Origin: Nemertoderma westbladi
Taxonomy: Eukaryota; Animalia; Xenacoelomorpha
Assembly (NCBI GenBank): GCA_032718475.1
Contig: JAUCBJ010008984.1
Span: 25,740-89,739, forward strand
Direction: 5' to 3'
DNA length: 64,000 nt
Of this stretch, positions 1 to 12,331 are shown in pieces. Position numbers and translations under genes: made by a program. Position 1 is the first letter of the stretch, and each line of letters starts with the position of its first letter. A model generated the notes under the pieces. That model searched no databases, had not been told where the DNA came from, and saw only the letters and a program-made list of their open reading frames with translations.

Positions 1-1359
1 GCACCACAATATTTATTATCGGCGTAGCGTTACACCCAGTAATAACTCGCACCACAATATATATTATCGGCGTAGCGTTACACCCAGTAATAACTCGCAC
101 CACAATATCTATTATCGGCGTAGCGTTCCACCCAGTAATAACTCGCACCACAATATATATTATCGGCGTAGCGTTACACCCAGTAATAACTCGCACCACA
201 ATATCTATTATCAGCGTAGCGTTACACCCAGTAATAACTCGCACCACAATATATATTATCGGCATAGCGTTACACCCAGTAATAACTCGCACCACAATAT
301 CTATTATCGGCGTAGCGTTACACCCAGTAATAACTCGCACCACAATATATATTATCGGCGTAGCGTTACACCCAGTAATAACTCGCACCACAATATATAT
401 TATCAGCGTAGCGTTACACCCAGTAATAACTCGCACCACAATATCTATTATCGGCGTAGCGTTACACCCAGTAATAACTCGCACCACAATATATATTATC
501 GGTGTAGCATTACACCCAGTAATAACTCGCACCACAATATATATTATCGGTGTAGCGTTACACCCAGTAATAACTCGCACCACAATATCTATTATCGGCG
601 TAGCGTTACACCCAGTAATAACTCGCACCACAATATATATTATCGGCATAGCGTTACACCCAGTAATAACTCGCACCACAATATCTATTATCGGCGTAGC
701 GTTACACCCAGTAATAACTCGCACCACAATATATATTATCGGCGTAGCGTTACACCCAGTAATAACTCGCACCACAATATATATTATCAGCGTAGCGTTA
801 CACCCAGTAATAACTCGCACCACAATATCTATTATCGGCGTAGCGTTACACCCAGTAATAACTCGCACCACAATATCTATTATCGGCGTAGCGTTACACC
901 CAGTAATAACTCGCACCACAATATCTATTATCGGCGTAGCGTTACACCCAGTAATAACTCGCACCACAATATATATTATCAGCGTAGCGTTACACACAGT
1001 AATAACTCGCACCACAATATCTATTATCGGCGTCGCGTTACACCCAGTAATAACTCGCACCACAATATATATTATCGGCGTAGCGTTACACCCAGTAATA
1101 ACTCACACCACAATATCTATTATCGGCGTAGCGTTACACCCATTAATAACTCGCACCACAATATATATTATCGGAGTAGCGTTACACCCAGTAATAACTC
1201 GCACCACAATATCTATTATCGGCATAGCGTTACACCCAGTAATAACTCGCACCACAATATATATTATCGGTGTAGCGTTACACCCAGTAATAACTCACAC
1301 CACAATATATATTATCGGTGTAGCGTTACACCCAGTAATAACTCGCACCACAATATATA
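1..1359. repeat. Satellite A, 48-bp unit, left arm (runs off the window start)
   Basis: Unit gcaccacaatatatattatcggcgtagcgttacacccagtaataactc repeated head-to-tail about 28 times with few substitutions. Confidence 0.98.
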
Positions 1360-1732
1360 TGTTGGAGATTTATATTAGCTTTTATTAACATTCTTCCCAT
1401 AGTTTTTCTAAACATTATATTATCATGATTATTAGTTGGCAATTTACCATTATAGATAGGCTTACTTTGAAGTATTATATTTGTCACATTGTTACATTAA
1501 TTAACAGCTGATTTATCTATTGAGGTTTACTCTTTACCATTTACTCTTTTGATATTCATAGTTATTGTTGTTGTTTTTTGTTGTCGTAAAACTTTCAATA
1601 ATATTGCCAATATGTATACTTATACTGTAGGAATAGCTCTGTTTATATATTAAATATACTATAAGATTATTGTTTATTATATTCGACATCTTATACTAAA
1701 AACTCTTTATCAATCCTTCGGGAACCCCAACA
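1360..1732 (+). repeat. BEL 5' LTR
   Basis: Direct repeat of 7762-8134; I noticed one substitution (tatagatagg vs tatacatagg). Confidence 0.96.
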
Positions 1733-1734
1733 AG

Positions 1735-1752
1735 TGGAGCCTTCAGAGAGAA
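1735..1752 (+). promoter_or_regulatory. Primer-binding site, canonical TGG type (tRNA identity uncertain, possibly Thr)
   Basis: tggagccttcagagagaa starts 2 nt after the LTR end and is complementary to a tRNA ending ...GAAGGCU-CCA. Confidence 0.65.
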
Positions 1753-2142
1753 ACAGACTATCCTACGGTATTTCATTCAACGAGACAACAATGTTTCGAT
1801 GTTGATTTCTTCAAGTTGTGAACATTTACACAATAACTCGCTTTGATCAATTCACTCAAGAAGCAGCATCTGTATTGTTATCGCCTTCAGTTGAACTCAA
1901 ATTACCTCGGACATTGCGGTAAGATCGAACCAAAGTAACTATTATTGTAACAAGATTTAACTGATCATTTTCTTGTATCTTATATAAATACTGTATTTAT
2001 TTGATATCGTGTTTAATATTTTGACAGTATTGATTAATTGCACAATTTATAGTTACAATATTTGTATAGGGATTTAAATTCGTAGCCTAAAATCAAATTT
2101 TCTCAAAATCAAATTATTGGATCAACAAAATATAAATACTGT

Positions 2143-3798
2143 ATGGAGCAATTAAAGTCACAACGTGCAGGGAAACGGGGATATTTAACTAGATTAATTT
2201 CACAAACTAATACACTATTGTTAGTGACTGAGAAGGATCCTATAGAACTAGAGGTGTTGCGTGATAACATTTTTGATGTTTTAAATTGGTTAAAGGAAAA
2301 GGATGAGGATTATCAAAGTTATATTTCACCAGATACTATTGAAAAGGATGTTATAGAATGTGAAAGCCGTCAATATGAGGGAAGTCACGCAATAAAAAAG
2401 ATAGAAAAATTTCTTGAGTCCATTAAATCTACAACGGCAGTAAATATATCATCACAATCTCTTGATAGTAGTCATTATAACCCATTAGATTCATCACAAT
2501 TCCGGGCACACACAACACTATCAACCGGCACATTACCAAAATTCTCAGGTGATCTATTGCAATGGATAGAATTTCGTGATACATTTCAGAGTTCCGTTCA
2601 CAATAATCCCAAAATTTCCAGCGTTGATAAATTTGTAATTTTGTTAGGACAACTTCATGGCGCAGCCAAAGAGTCTATTGCTGGGATTCCTTTGAACGCA
2701 GCAAATTATTCGCACGTATGGGACATTTTAGAATCACGTTTTGGTAATGCAGAAGCAATTTCTTACAAACTCATGGAAATATTTTTAACTTATCAGCCAG
2801 TCTCCACAATGAACATGAAAGAAGTACAATTACTGCATGACAAATATAAGTCCACCATTAGACAATTGGAATCACTTAATGTGAACCCAACTAGCTATGA
2901 AGTCTTGCTCAAACCTGTTGTAATGAGTAAACTTCCAATAGAATTCAGGTTGATAATGCGAAAGAAACCAAACTTCAATACAATCGGCATTGAGCGGCTT
3001 CTAGAGTACATGCAGACAGAATTACAAACTAGGACACTGTGTGAGTTAGAATTGAAGACTCATGCTCAACACAAACTGGCAACCAATACTACTTACGATA
3101 ATTTTAAGCAACGGAAATCCACATCTGTTTCTTCTATGGTTCCAACAACTGCTGCACTTGTTGCTATAAAGCCCAAAATAAGTTGCATATTTTGCAATGG
3201 CAATCATTATTCTTCATCATGCAATTCAATAAGAGATGTCAAATCTAGGCGAGAAAAACTCACTAGTGAAAAATGTTGTTTCATTTGTTTATCCAAAAAC
3301 CATTTCAAACCAAATTGTCCCAAGGCAGATAAACAGTGTTTCAGTTGCAAACGCAAAGGGCATCATTCAAGCATTTGTTACACGGCAAACAATGGCAAGT
3401 CAGTCAGTAATGCTGCCATTGTCCATAGCAATTCGAGTTCGACAACTGGAATGTCGGACACAGCAATGCAGTTGAATCACAATTCGGCATCATTAAGTGC
3501 TCAACCACAATCACAAGTCTCACAAATAAATTCAAGGGCAATTGCCTACCCTAGTCAAGGTGTTGTCAATATGGTAGTTTGTGAGACAACACAAACGTCG
3601 ATAACTCGACAATCACATATGTTCAATGAACAAGAGCACGCCACTCAAACAACTGTTTCAATTTATTGGAAACAGCAACACTTAAATGTTACAATCCCAA
3701 GAATAAAAGGGAGCTTCATGTTCGTGTTCTATTTGATAAAGGGTCACATCGAAGTTATATTACAGATAAAGTCTGCAACGAACTTGATCTTGAAGTAG
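2143..3798 (+). CDS. gag: BEL/Pao Gag (DUF1759-like domain plus three zinc knuckles)
   Basis: LPKFSGDLLQWIEFRDTF motif; CIFCNGNHYSSSC, CFICLSKNHFKPNC, CFSCKRKGHHSSIC; the frame shifts into pol near 3662. Confidence 0.9.
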   Translation: MEQLKSQRAGKRGYLTRLISQTNTLLLVTEKDPIELEVLRDNIFDVLNWLKEKDEDYQSYISPDTIEKDVIECESRQYEGSHAIKKIEKFLESIKSTTAVNISSQSLDSSHYNPLDSSQFRAHTTLSTGTLPKFSGDLLQWIEFRDTFQSSVHNNPKISSVDKFVILLGQLHGAAKESIAGIPLNAANYSHVWDILESRFGNAEAISYKLMEIFLTYQPVSTMNMKEVQLLHDKYKSTIRQLESLNVNPTSYEVLLKPVVMSKLPIEFRLIMRKKPNFNTIGIERLLEYMQTELQTRTLCELELKTHAQHKLATNTTYDNFKQRKSTSVSSMVPTTAALVAIKPKISCIFCNGNHYSSSCNSIRDVKSRREKLTSEKCCFICLSKNHFKPNCPKADKQCFSCKRKGHHSSICYTANNGKSVSNAAIVHSNSSSTTGMSDTAMQLNHNSASLSAQPQSQVSQINSRAIAYPSQGVVNMVVCETTQTSITRQSHMFNEQEHATQTTVSIYWKQQHLNVTIPRIKGSFMFVFYLIKGHIEVILQIKSATNLILK

Positions 3799-5942
3799 TT
3801 GGAAAGGGTTTCATTCACGTTAGTTCATTTTTGTCAAGGATGCCGAAAAGAATTGAATGCAATTTAGTTAAGTTCAATTTAATAAAAGGGACAGCAAATA
3901 TTGTGGTAGAGGCCACAGCTGTTCCATTTATTTGCCTTCCATTTGGTCCGCAGGAGTGCCAAACACAACAATACAGTCATCTTCGCAACCTAAACCTTGC
4001 AGATGACTTTCGCAGTTCGCATAAAGAGATTGGTGTTCTTATTGGGGCAGATTTGTACAACAATCTTGTTGATGCTGGAAATGTCCGCAAGGGGCATCTA
4101 AGTGATCAGCCTGTTGCTACAAAATCTGTCTTTGGTTGGTTGTTAACAGGACCAATAGAAGAATCCGAAAATATGTCGACAGAAAATACAGCCTTAGTTG
4201 CTAGCAATGATACCTGTGATTGTACAAGAGAATTAACAAAGATTCTCAAGACATTTTGGGAATTGGAATCAGCTGGAGTTTCAACTCCTGATCATGTTCA
4301 TAACAATTTTTGTAAGGAAATCATGTTTGAAAATGGGCGATACTCAGTAAACTTGCCATGGAAAGACAATGTAGCGCCACTTCAAAATCATTACTCACTT
4401 TCACTTGGACGTCTCCAATCATTGGTTAAACGTTTCTTACGCAACCCCACACTTTATCATCGTTACAGTGAAGTTCTGAGTGACTACTGTAAACGCGGTT
4501 TTATTGAAGAAGTTAATGACCCAAGTGAATCATGTGGCATCACTCATTATATCCCTCATCATTGCGTTATAAGGGAAGATCACAACACAACAAAGCTGCG
4601 AATAGTATTTGATGGTAGTGCCAGAGACTCAAAACAAGATTTATCACTCAATGACACATTGTATACTGGCCCTTCTCTGGTATCAAATATTGTTTCGATT
4701 ATGATTCGCTTTCGCTTGTATCAGTATGTGCTGTTGGCAGATATTGAAAAAGCTTTTCTTATGGTTTCAGTAAACTCTGAACATCGTGATGCTTTAAGGT
4801 TTTTATGGATGCAGAATCCTTTAGATCAAGCCAATGATACTGTCAAGGTTTATCGGTGGTGCAGAGTTCCATTTGGATTAAACCCATCCCCTTTCTTATT
4901 ACATGGTACTGTTAGTCATCATTTATCTGAGGAAAACAAATCACCACATGTCAATGATGCTACTAGTACTGCAATCAATGTACTAGGCAATGATTTGTAT
5001 GTCGACAACTTGCAAACAGGGGCAGACACAGTCAACGAAATATTATCATTGTATTATTATACAAAGACTATGCTCTTGAGAGGTGGATTTAATCTTAGGT
5101 CCTGGGAATCAAATTCTCTCCCAGCAAAACACATTATACATGAGTGTGAACAATCGATTGATAGCGTCCACAAGCCACCTCAAGTCACAACAAATTCACT
5201 TTCCTCCCATTCGTTTACACTCAATCAAATGAACACTGACACTCGCTACATAAAGGTATTAGGCATTGAGTGGTCACCAATGCAAGATGATTTCAAATAC
5301 TCATTTAGAAATATCCTTCAGTTAATTGACACACTCCCACCTACTAAACGTAGTATACTCAAGATAACTGGCCGCATCTTTGATCCAATGGGTTTTTTTA
5401 GTCCCATTGTCACCCAGTTAAAGGTATTATTTCAAGAACTTATTGGATTCAACTGGGACAGTGTATTGTCACCAGATTTAAACAAAAGGTGGAAATCTTT
5501 CATTTATAACCTTGCATCATTAAATGATATTACCATTCCAAGGATTTACTTTCCAGATTCAAATGCATTTGTTTCTCATTTAGTAGAGTATGGAGAGTTA
5601 CATGCATTCGGGGATGCATCTAAAAAGGCATATGCAGCATGTATTTACTTGTGTCTGCGGAAACCAAATCAAACCCCCCAATCTACACTAGTGGTTGCAA
5701 AGTCTCGTGTCGCACCTTTGAAGGAACAATCTTCATCGAAGTCTTCATCTAAGCCCCCATCAATGCCCCGTCTAGAACTATTGGCTGCAGTTTTGGCAGC
5801 TCGCTTGCTAAACACAGTTCTTGATTCTTTGCTACCACTCAAACTCACGCCTAAGTTTTTTTGTTGGTCTGACTCTCAAAATGTAATTTGTTGGATTCGC
5901 AATACAACCAAGGAGTTCAAACCATTTATCGAAAATAAGTGA
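3666..5942 (+). CDS. pol: BEL/Pao Pol part 1: aspartic protease, reverse transcriptase, truncated RNase H (Peptidase_A17 region)
   Basis: LFDKGSHRSY protease; KLRIVFDGSA, ADIEKAFL, VPFGLNPSPFLL and LYVDN RT motifs; LHAFGDASKKAY, PRLELLAA and WSDSQ RNase H motifs. Confidence 0.92.
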   Translation: METATLKCYNPKNKRELHVRVLFDKGSHRSYITDKVCNELDLEVVGKGFIHVSSFLSRMPKRIECNLVKFNLIKGTANIVVEATAVPFICLPFGPQECQTQQYSHLRNLNLADDFRSSHKEIGVLIGADLYNNLVDAGNVRKGHLSDQPVATKSVFGWLLTGPIEESENMSTENTALVASNDTCDCTRELTKILKTFWELESAGVSTPDHVHNNFCKEIMFENGRYSVNLPWKDNVAPLQNHYSLSLGRLQSLVKRFLRNPTLYHRYSEVLSDYCKRGFIEEVNDPSESCGITHYIPHHCVIREDHNTTKLRIVFDGSARDSKQDLSLNDTLYTGPSLVSNIVSIMIRFRLYQYVLLADIEKAFLMVSVNSEHRDALRFLWMQNPLDQANDTVKVYRWCRVPFGLNPSPFLLHGTVSHHLSEENKSPHVNDATSTAINVLGNDLYVDNLQTGADTVNEILSLYYYTKTMLLRGGFNLRSWESNSLPAKHIIHECEQSIDSVHKPPQVTTNSLSSHSFTLNQMNTDTRYIKVLGIEWSPMQDDFKYSFRNILQLIDTLPPTKRSILKITGRIFDPMGFFSPIVTQLKVLFQELIGFNWDSVLSPDLNKRWKSFIYNLASLNDITIPRIYFPDSNAFVSHLVEYGELHAFGDASKKAYAACIYLCLRKPNQTPQSTLVVAKSRVAPLKEQSSSKSSSKPPSMPRLELLAAVLAARLLNTVLDSLLPLKLTPKFFCWSDSQNVICWIRNTTKEFKPFIENK

Positions 5943-6010
5943 TGTACTTGCAGGCGTGTTCGACACCTCGGCTAAGTGCGTTCTGGAAGTCAGATATATA
6001 TATATATATT

Positions 6011-7561
6011 ATAGAACCAACAAAACCATCAATTAATTCAGTGATAAATTCAGAGAAGTTCAACTCTTACATGAAACTACTTCGCTGTACATGCTATGTA
6101 ATTCGATTCATTAATAATTTGAAGTCAAAGATTAAAGGTAATACTAAAGAAACATATGGCCCAATAACCACATCTGAAATTCGATCTTCCGAGAAACTTT
6201 GGATTCGAGAAACGCAATCTATCGAATTTAAGACTGAACTAATCTACATGAAATCAAAAGAAGGGAAATGTCCATCTCTTCTAAATAGTCTAAAGTTATT
6301 CTTGGATAAAGATGATATTCTGCGGTATGAAACTCGTCTTCAAAATGCTCAATTGAAATATGATCAGATATTTCCTATTATTTTGCCCAAAAATTCACAC
6401 CTTAGCTCATTAATCATCAGTGATGCCCACAATCAAGTTATTCATAGTGGTGTTCAAGATACTCTAATACAACTACGGACACGTTTCTGGATACCACAGG
6501 GTAGACAACGTGTTAAGTCAATTTTGCATCGCTGCGTACCTTGTAGAAGGATACAAGGATACCCTTACAGACTACCTCAAGCTCCACCCCTTCCTCCATT
6601 TCGTGTTGATCAGTCCTATCCATTCGCCAATGTTGGAATTGACATGGCTGGTCCACTTTATGTAAAGTCAGAAGTGTCTACTGACAGTACGTTGAAGGTT
6701 TACATTTGCCTTTATACATGCCCCAGCACAAGAGCAATTCATCTGGATTTACTTAACGATCTCACAAGTGAAACATTCATAAATTCGTTGAGGCAATTCA
6801 TAGCTCGAAGAGGAGTCCCAATTCGCATCTTGTCTGACAATGGTGCCACGTTTAAAAGAGCATCGCGAGAATTAAAGAAACTCTATAAACAAATCGTGAA
6901 ATCACCTGAAGTCATAACATATTGTTGCCAAAATAGAATAACTTGGCAATTTAATGTGGCTTTAGCCCCATGGTGGGGAGGCCTGTGGGAAAGGCTTGTT
7001 CAGTCAACCAAGAAATGTCTCCGCAAAGTCATTGGACGTGCCATATTGTCATCTGATGCTCTGAGAACAATCCTCGTAGAAGTCGAAGGAGTTCTCAATT
7101 CAAGACCACTTACCTATGTCGACACTGAAGATAACGTTGACATATTAACTCCAAATCATCTTCTTTGTGGCCGTCGCCTAGGTTCATTACCTGATGAGAC
7201 TGAAGTATCTGAACAATTGAGAGCAACTCAAAACAGTCTTAGACAATCTTACAAACTACGGAAGAGTTTGATAGCTCAATTTTGGAAATCTTGGTTAGAT
7301 GACTATCTTTGTTTCATGAAAAGTCAACATTGGACTAACACTAAAGACAACAAATCCAATATCAAGATTGGAGATATTGTGATTATACATCAAGCTCATA
7401 AACCTCGTGCTTTCTGGAAGTTTGGTCGGATAGCAAAACTTATCCATGGCCGAGATGAGCGTGTCCGTGCAGCTGATGTCACAGTAGGACTAAAAAAGGT
7501 CGGAAACCATATTATACAGCGACCAATAAGTTTACTATATCCACTTGAAGTTCAATCATAA
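6011..7561 (+). CDS. pol: BEL/Pao Pol part 2: integrase (HHCC, DDE core, DUF5641-like C-terminus)
   Basis: AHNQVIHSG...CVPC; GIDMAGP, SDNGATF, PWWGGLWERL; IQRPISLLYPLE terminus. Confidence 0.92.
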   Translation: MEPTKPSINSVINSEKFNSYMKLLRCTCYVIRFINNLKSKIKGNTKETYGPITTSEIRSSEKLWIRETQSIEFKTELIYMKSKEGKCPSLLNSLKLFLDKDDILRYETRLQNAQLKYDQIFPIILPKNSHLSSLIISDAHNQVIHSGVQDTLIQLRTRFWIPQGRQRVKSILHRCVPCRRIQGYPYRLPQAPPLPPFRVDQSYPFANVGIDMAGPLYVKSEVSTDSTLKVYICLYTCPSTRAIHLDLLNDLTSETFINSLRQFIARRGVPIRILSDNGATFKRASRELKKLYKQIVKSPEVITYCCQNRITWQFNVALAPWWGGLWERLVQSTKKCLRKVIGRAILSSDALRTILVEVEGVLNSRPLTYVDTEDNVDILTPNHLLCGRRLGSLPDETEVSEQLRATQNSLRQSYKLRKSLIAQFWKSWLDDYLCFMKSQHWTNTKDNKSNIKIGDIVIIHQAHKPRAFWKFGRIAKLIHGRDERVRAADVTVGLKKVGNHIIQRPISLLYPLEVQS

Positions 7562-7761
7562 AAAACAGGTGGATTAGTACTAAAAATGTTGAACTCAGAA
7601 CCAAATGCACTACCTACTTAGACATGTTTGTTATTAATATTGATTGATATATTTAATAGTTTATACAGCATAATTATAAAATACCATTACATAGTGGAAT
7701 ATAATTATTTTAGCTTATTATCAAACTCATGTATGAATATTACATATTCATGGTGGGGAGA

Positions 7762-8134
7762 TGTTGGAGATTTATATTAGCTTTTATTAACATTCTTCCC
7801 ATAGTTTTTCTAAACATTATATTATCATGATTATTAGTTGGCAATTTACCATTATACATAGGCTTACTTTGAAGTATTATATTTGTCACATTGTTACATT
7901 AATTAACAGCTGATTTATCTATTGAGGTTTACTCTTTACCATTTACTCTTTTGATATTCATAGTTATTGTTGTTGTTTTTTGTTGTCGTAAAACTTTCAA
8001 TAATATTGCCAATATGTATACTTATACTGTAGGAATAGCTCTGTTTATATATTAAATATACTATAAGATTATTGTTTATTATATTCGACATCTTATACTA
8101 AAAACTCTTTATCAATCCTTCGGGAACCCCAACA
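7762..8134 (+). repeat. BEL 3' LTR
   Basis: Direct repeat of 1360-1732, preceded by a polypurine tract. Confidence 0.96.
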
Positions 8135-10019
8135 ATATATTATCGGTGTAGCGTTACACCCAGTAATAACTCGCACCACAATATATATTATCGGTGTAGC
8201 GTTACACCCAGTAATAACTCGCACCACAATATATATTATCGGCGTAGCGTTACACCCAGTAATAACTCGCACCACAATATATATTATCGGCGTAGCGTTA
8301 CACCCAGTAATAACTCGCACCACAATATATATTATCGGCGTAGCGTTACACCCAGTAATAACTCGCACCACAATATATATTATCGGCGTAGCATTACACC
8401 CAGTAATAACTCGCACCACAATATATATTATCGGCGTAGCGTTACACCCAGTAATAACTCGCACCACAATATATATTATCGGCGTAGCGTTACACCCAGT
8501 AATAACTCGCACCACAATATATATTATCGGCGTAGCGTTACACCCAGTAATAACTCGCACCACAATATATATTATCGGTATAGCGTTACACCCAGTAATA
8601 ACTCGCACCACAATATCTATTATCGGCGTAGCGTTACACCCAGTAATAACTCGCACCACAATATATATTATCGGTGTAGCATTACACCCAGTAATAACTC
8701 GCACCACAATATCTATTATCGGCGTAGCGTTACACCCAGTAATAACTCGCACCACAATATATATTATCGGCGTAGCGTTACACCCAGTAATAACTCGCAC
8801 CACAATATATATTATCGGTGTAGCATTACACCCAGTAATAATTCGCACCGCAATATATATTATCGGCGTAGCGTTACACCCAGTAATAACTCGCACCACA
8901 ATATATATTATCGGTGTAGCATTACACCCAGTAATAACTCGCACCACAATATATATTATCGGCGTAGCGTTACACCCAGTAATAACTCGCACCACAATAT
9001 ATATTATCGGCGTAGCGTTACACCCAGTAATAACTCGCACCACAATATATATTATCGGCGTAGCGTTACACCCAGTAATAACTCGCACCACAATATATAT
9101 TATCGGTGTAGCATTACACCCAGTAATAACTCGCACCACAATATCTATTATCGGCATAGCGTTACACCCAGTAATAACTCGCACCACAATATATATTATC
9201 GGCGTAGCGTTACACCCAGTAATAACTCACACCACAATATCTATTATCGGTGTAGCGTTACACCCAGTAATAACTCGCACCACAATATATATTATCGGCG
9301 TAGCGTTACACCCAGTAATAACTCGCACCACAATATATATTATCGACGTAGCGTTACACCCAGTAATAACTCGCACCACAATATATATTATCGGCGTAGC
9401 GTTACACCCAGTAATAACTCGCACCACAATATCTATTATCGGCGTAGCGTTACACCCAGTAATAACTCGCACCACAATATATATTATCGGCGTAGCGTTA
9501 CACCCAGTAATAACTCGCACCACAATATATATTATCGGTGTAGCATTACACCTAGTAATAACTCGCACCACAATATATATTATCGGCGTAGCGTTACACC
9601 CAGTAATAACTCGCACCACAATATATATTATCGGCGTAGCGTTACACCCAGTAATAACTCGCACCACAATATATATTATCAGCGTAGCGTTACACCCAGT
9701 AATAACTCGCACCACAATATCTATTATCGGCGTAGCGTTACACCCAGTAATAACTCGCACCACAATATATATTATCGGCGTAGCGTTACACCCAGTAATA
9801 ACTCGCACCACAATATATATTATCGGTGTAGCGTTACACCCAGTAATAACTCGCACCACAATATATATTATCGGCGTAGCGTTACACCCACTAATAACTC
9901 GCACCACAATATATATTATCGGTGTAGCATTACACCCAGTAATAAAATAACTCTCACCACAATATCTAATAACGGCGTAGTGTTACACCCAGTAATATCT
10001 CGCAACACAATATCTATTA
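8135..10019. repeat. Satellite A, 48-bp unit, right arm
   Basis: Same unit resumes in phase after the TSD; about 39 copies, degenerating near 9945-10019. Confidence 0.97.
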
Positions 10020-10073
10020 TTGTTGTTACCGAACCAAGTATGTTTGCTTTACTCCTTACTGGTAGTATTAATA

Positions 10074-10747
10074 CTATTGGGACTGAAGACAGCTTTCTGC
10101 TGTCTCACAATCACCCCAGTTACTGAACCCAAGAACGGTTCCTATATGTTTGTACTTCGAGGACAACTCTTCAAACGATTCCGCTTTACTGACACCGAAT
10201 ACCTCCGGATCCCCAGGAGATACTGATCTTTGTGTGTCTGTCTCCTCTGTTACTGATGCTATGTGGGCGGGCTCTGGGACTGTGTATAAGGGCTCTGGAA
10301 CCGTGTATAAGGGCTCTGGGACCGTGTATAAGGGCTCTGAGGCCGTGTATAAGGGCTCTGGGGCAGTGTTTAAGTAAACACTATAATCAGGCTGGTCTCC
10401 ATAGCAACAGACATCATAACTAGGACCCCCTATGTTACGATATCGGTACGAATATTGGGTGATATCATATGTTTCGTTGTCATTGGCAACCGGTATGTTG
10501 TAAGATCGCTGGTTTCGTTCACCACCTGGGGGTGATAACAAGGAGGTTAATTTACTGTGGAGAGTAAATTTATTGTTTCCCGTGTATTCCAAGTTGTATT
10601 GATAGGCCGGTTTGTGATTGGTTGGGTTAGCGCACACTTCTTTCCAGTCATTGGTTATATCCTCCTGTATTTGAAGACTGATTTCCCATTGGTCGTTTAA
10701 CAAATATTTCATATCGAAAAGCAACCAATTATTTAATCGTTGAATTC
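10074..10747 (-). CDS. Probable terminal exon of an unidentified gene, with an internal 7-aa repeat (EPLYTVP)
   Basis: Open frame of more than 216 aa in AT-rich DNA; acceptor-like ctcattacag at 10748 on the minus strand; 21-bp tandem repeat at about 10268-10365; no family recognised. Confidence 0.4.
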
Positions 10748-12331
10748 CTGTAATGAGTTCAGAAAAGATAATTAAACAGGAAATAAATATTACATTTACC
10801 TTGACTAATACTTGAATATTAATTAATTTGGAAGAATTTACTTTTACAGTAATAAATCTATTTTATTTTACTCGAAAGCTTCATCATAAGGTTTTAAATG
10901 ATTATATATTATGCGATGACATTGTCAATTAACAGGACCCCGACATGCCCAATTTTTCTATTTCTAACCTTCTTGGTAACTAATTGTGTCGTCCAACAGT
11001 AGAGTTGGCGAGCCCAGAAATCTCATCTTCATCTGAAATCCTGCGATTGTGGTTTGATAATTAAATGATGGCAGGTCGAAACACAAATATTTGTTTAAAA
11101 GTACGTGATCTGTAAGAATAAATAGTTGATTGTTACTTCAATAATTGAGTTTGCAATAATAAATACTATCTCGAAAATCCATCTCGGCAAATTATCAATG
11201 TTAATTATCAATGGAGGGGAAGGTGCAGGTTACACTGGCATGCTATTCTAACCAAAACAATAAACGAAAGTCAATAGCACAGTTATGTATGTTACAGTTT
11301 CTTTTTTACTCGTGATCAGCTTTTTTTTTATTGATTTTATTGATTATTCCTTGGATTCAATATTTTATTGATATATTATTGTGCCCCCCCCCCCCCCCCC
11401 CCCACCCCACTCTATCTACAAAATTACAGTCGATATTGTAGCGTTCCCTCGACCAGGATTCGCACCCTCGCCAAGAGGACCTAAGTGGGACATGGGCCTT
11501 ATTATTATCATACTGACTGCCCTACGGTACTGCTGTACAGACTGACTCACGGCAACATTTACCGGTAGCCTTCTCTGCACGATTGATATTTGATTATAAT
11601 AATATAATCTTGGTATCACGATTCCGCGTTTTTGATGGGATTGTCATCCCTTCAATATATATAATTATCACTATATAAGCTGTTGAGGTTGAGTGCTTCC
11701 TAACAAACAATAAATACCGTATATAGAGAGATACAACTTTACAATTATCGCGGTATTAAATATTATATTATTTAATTAATATTATACTTACACGTCATAT
11801 TTTATTTCCTATCAATATCTAATAGTGATGTACCGGTATACATTAATATACACAATTATTCTTTCTGAGAATTAGATAGCACCTTATCTTCGTGTTTAGT
11901 ATAATAAACTAAAGGCCAACTATTTGAAGTTCCTATAATATAATAACTCCAAATCGGTTCTCCTATAATCGAATGTTTCATGATTGATATGATTTGGCAT
12001 TGATTGAGTTTGAATGAATGATTTCATTAATATTCCCTCCCCTTGTCTGATATTCCTTAGACGGTGTGACTTATCCACTCAAAGATATTAAGTTTAATAA
12101 GTATATGTAATACGTAACTATAATAATCATAATAATAATAGAGGTATGTGGCCTAATAGCACACATACAGTAGCTGCCAACTGCTGTCTATTTAGATATC
12201 CCACAAAGCTTTTGTTTTATAGTCTTAAACGTATTACACACTCACTGCTTGACTGCCACCGTCCCTCCCACCCATATGGCCCATGCCAACCAACCACTAA
12301 GATATTAATGATATTCTCACGTACCTCCCAG

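Larger units (their letters stand above)
1360..8134 (+). mobile_element. Full-length but defective BEL/Pao LTR retrotransposon inserted in satellite A
   Basis: 373-bp LTRs at 1360-1732 and 7762-8134 with TGTTGG...CCAACA ends; 5-bp TSD ATATA at 1355-1359 and 8135-8139; PBS tggagccttcagagag after the 5' LTR; PPT ggtggggaga before the 3' LTR; gag-PR-RT-RH-IN order. Confidence 0.96.

Noticed and set aside
5939-6015. GT..AG intron that would rejoin the BEL pol halves
   Set aside because: Splicing does not restore the frame, and the conserved NPAD region would still be missing
8093-9907. Long minus-strand ORFs of (VVRVITGCNATPIIYI)n
   Set aside because: By-product of a stop-free 48-bp unit; no unique coding context, and the array is interrupted by an LTR element
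10748-11112. Upstream exons for the 10074-10747 ORF
   Set aside because: Splice-like sites exist, but I could not assemble a phase-consistent, stop-free model
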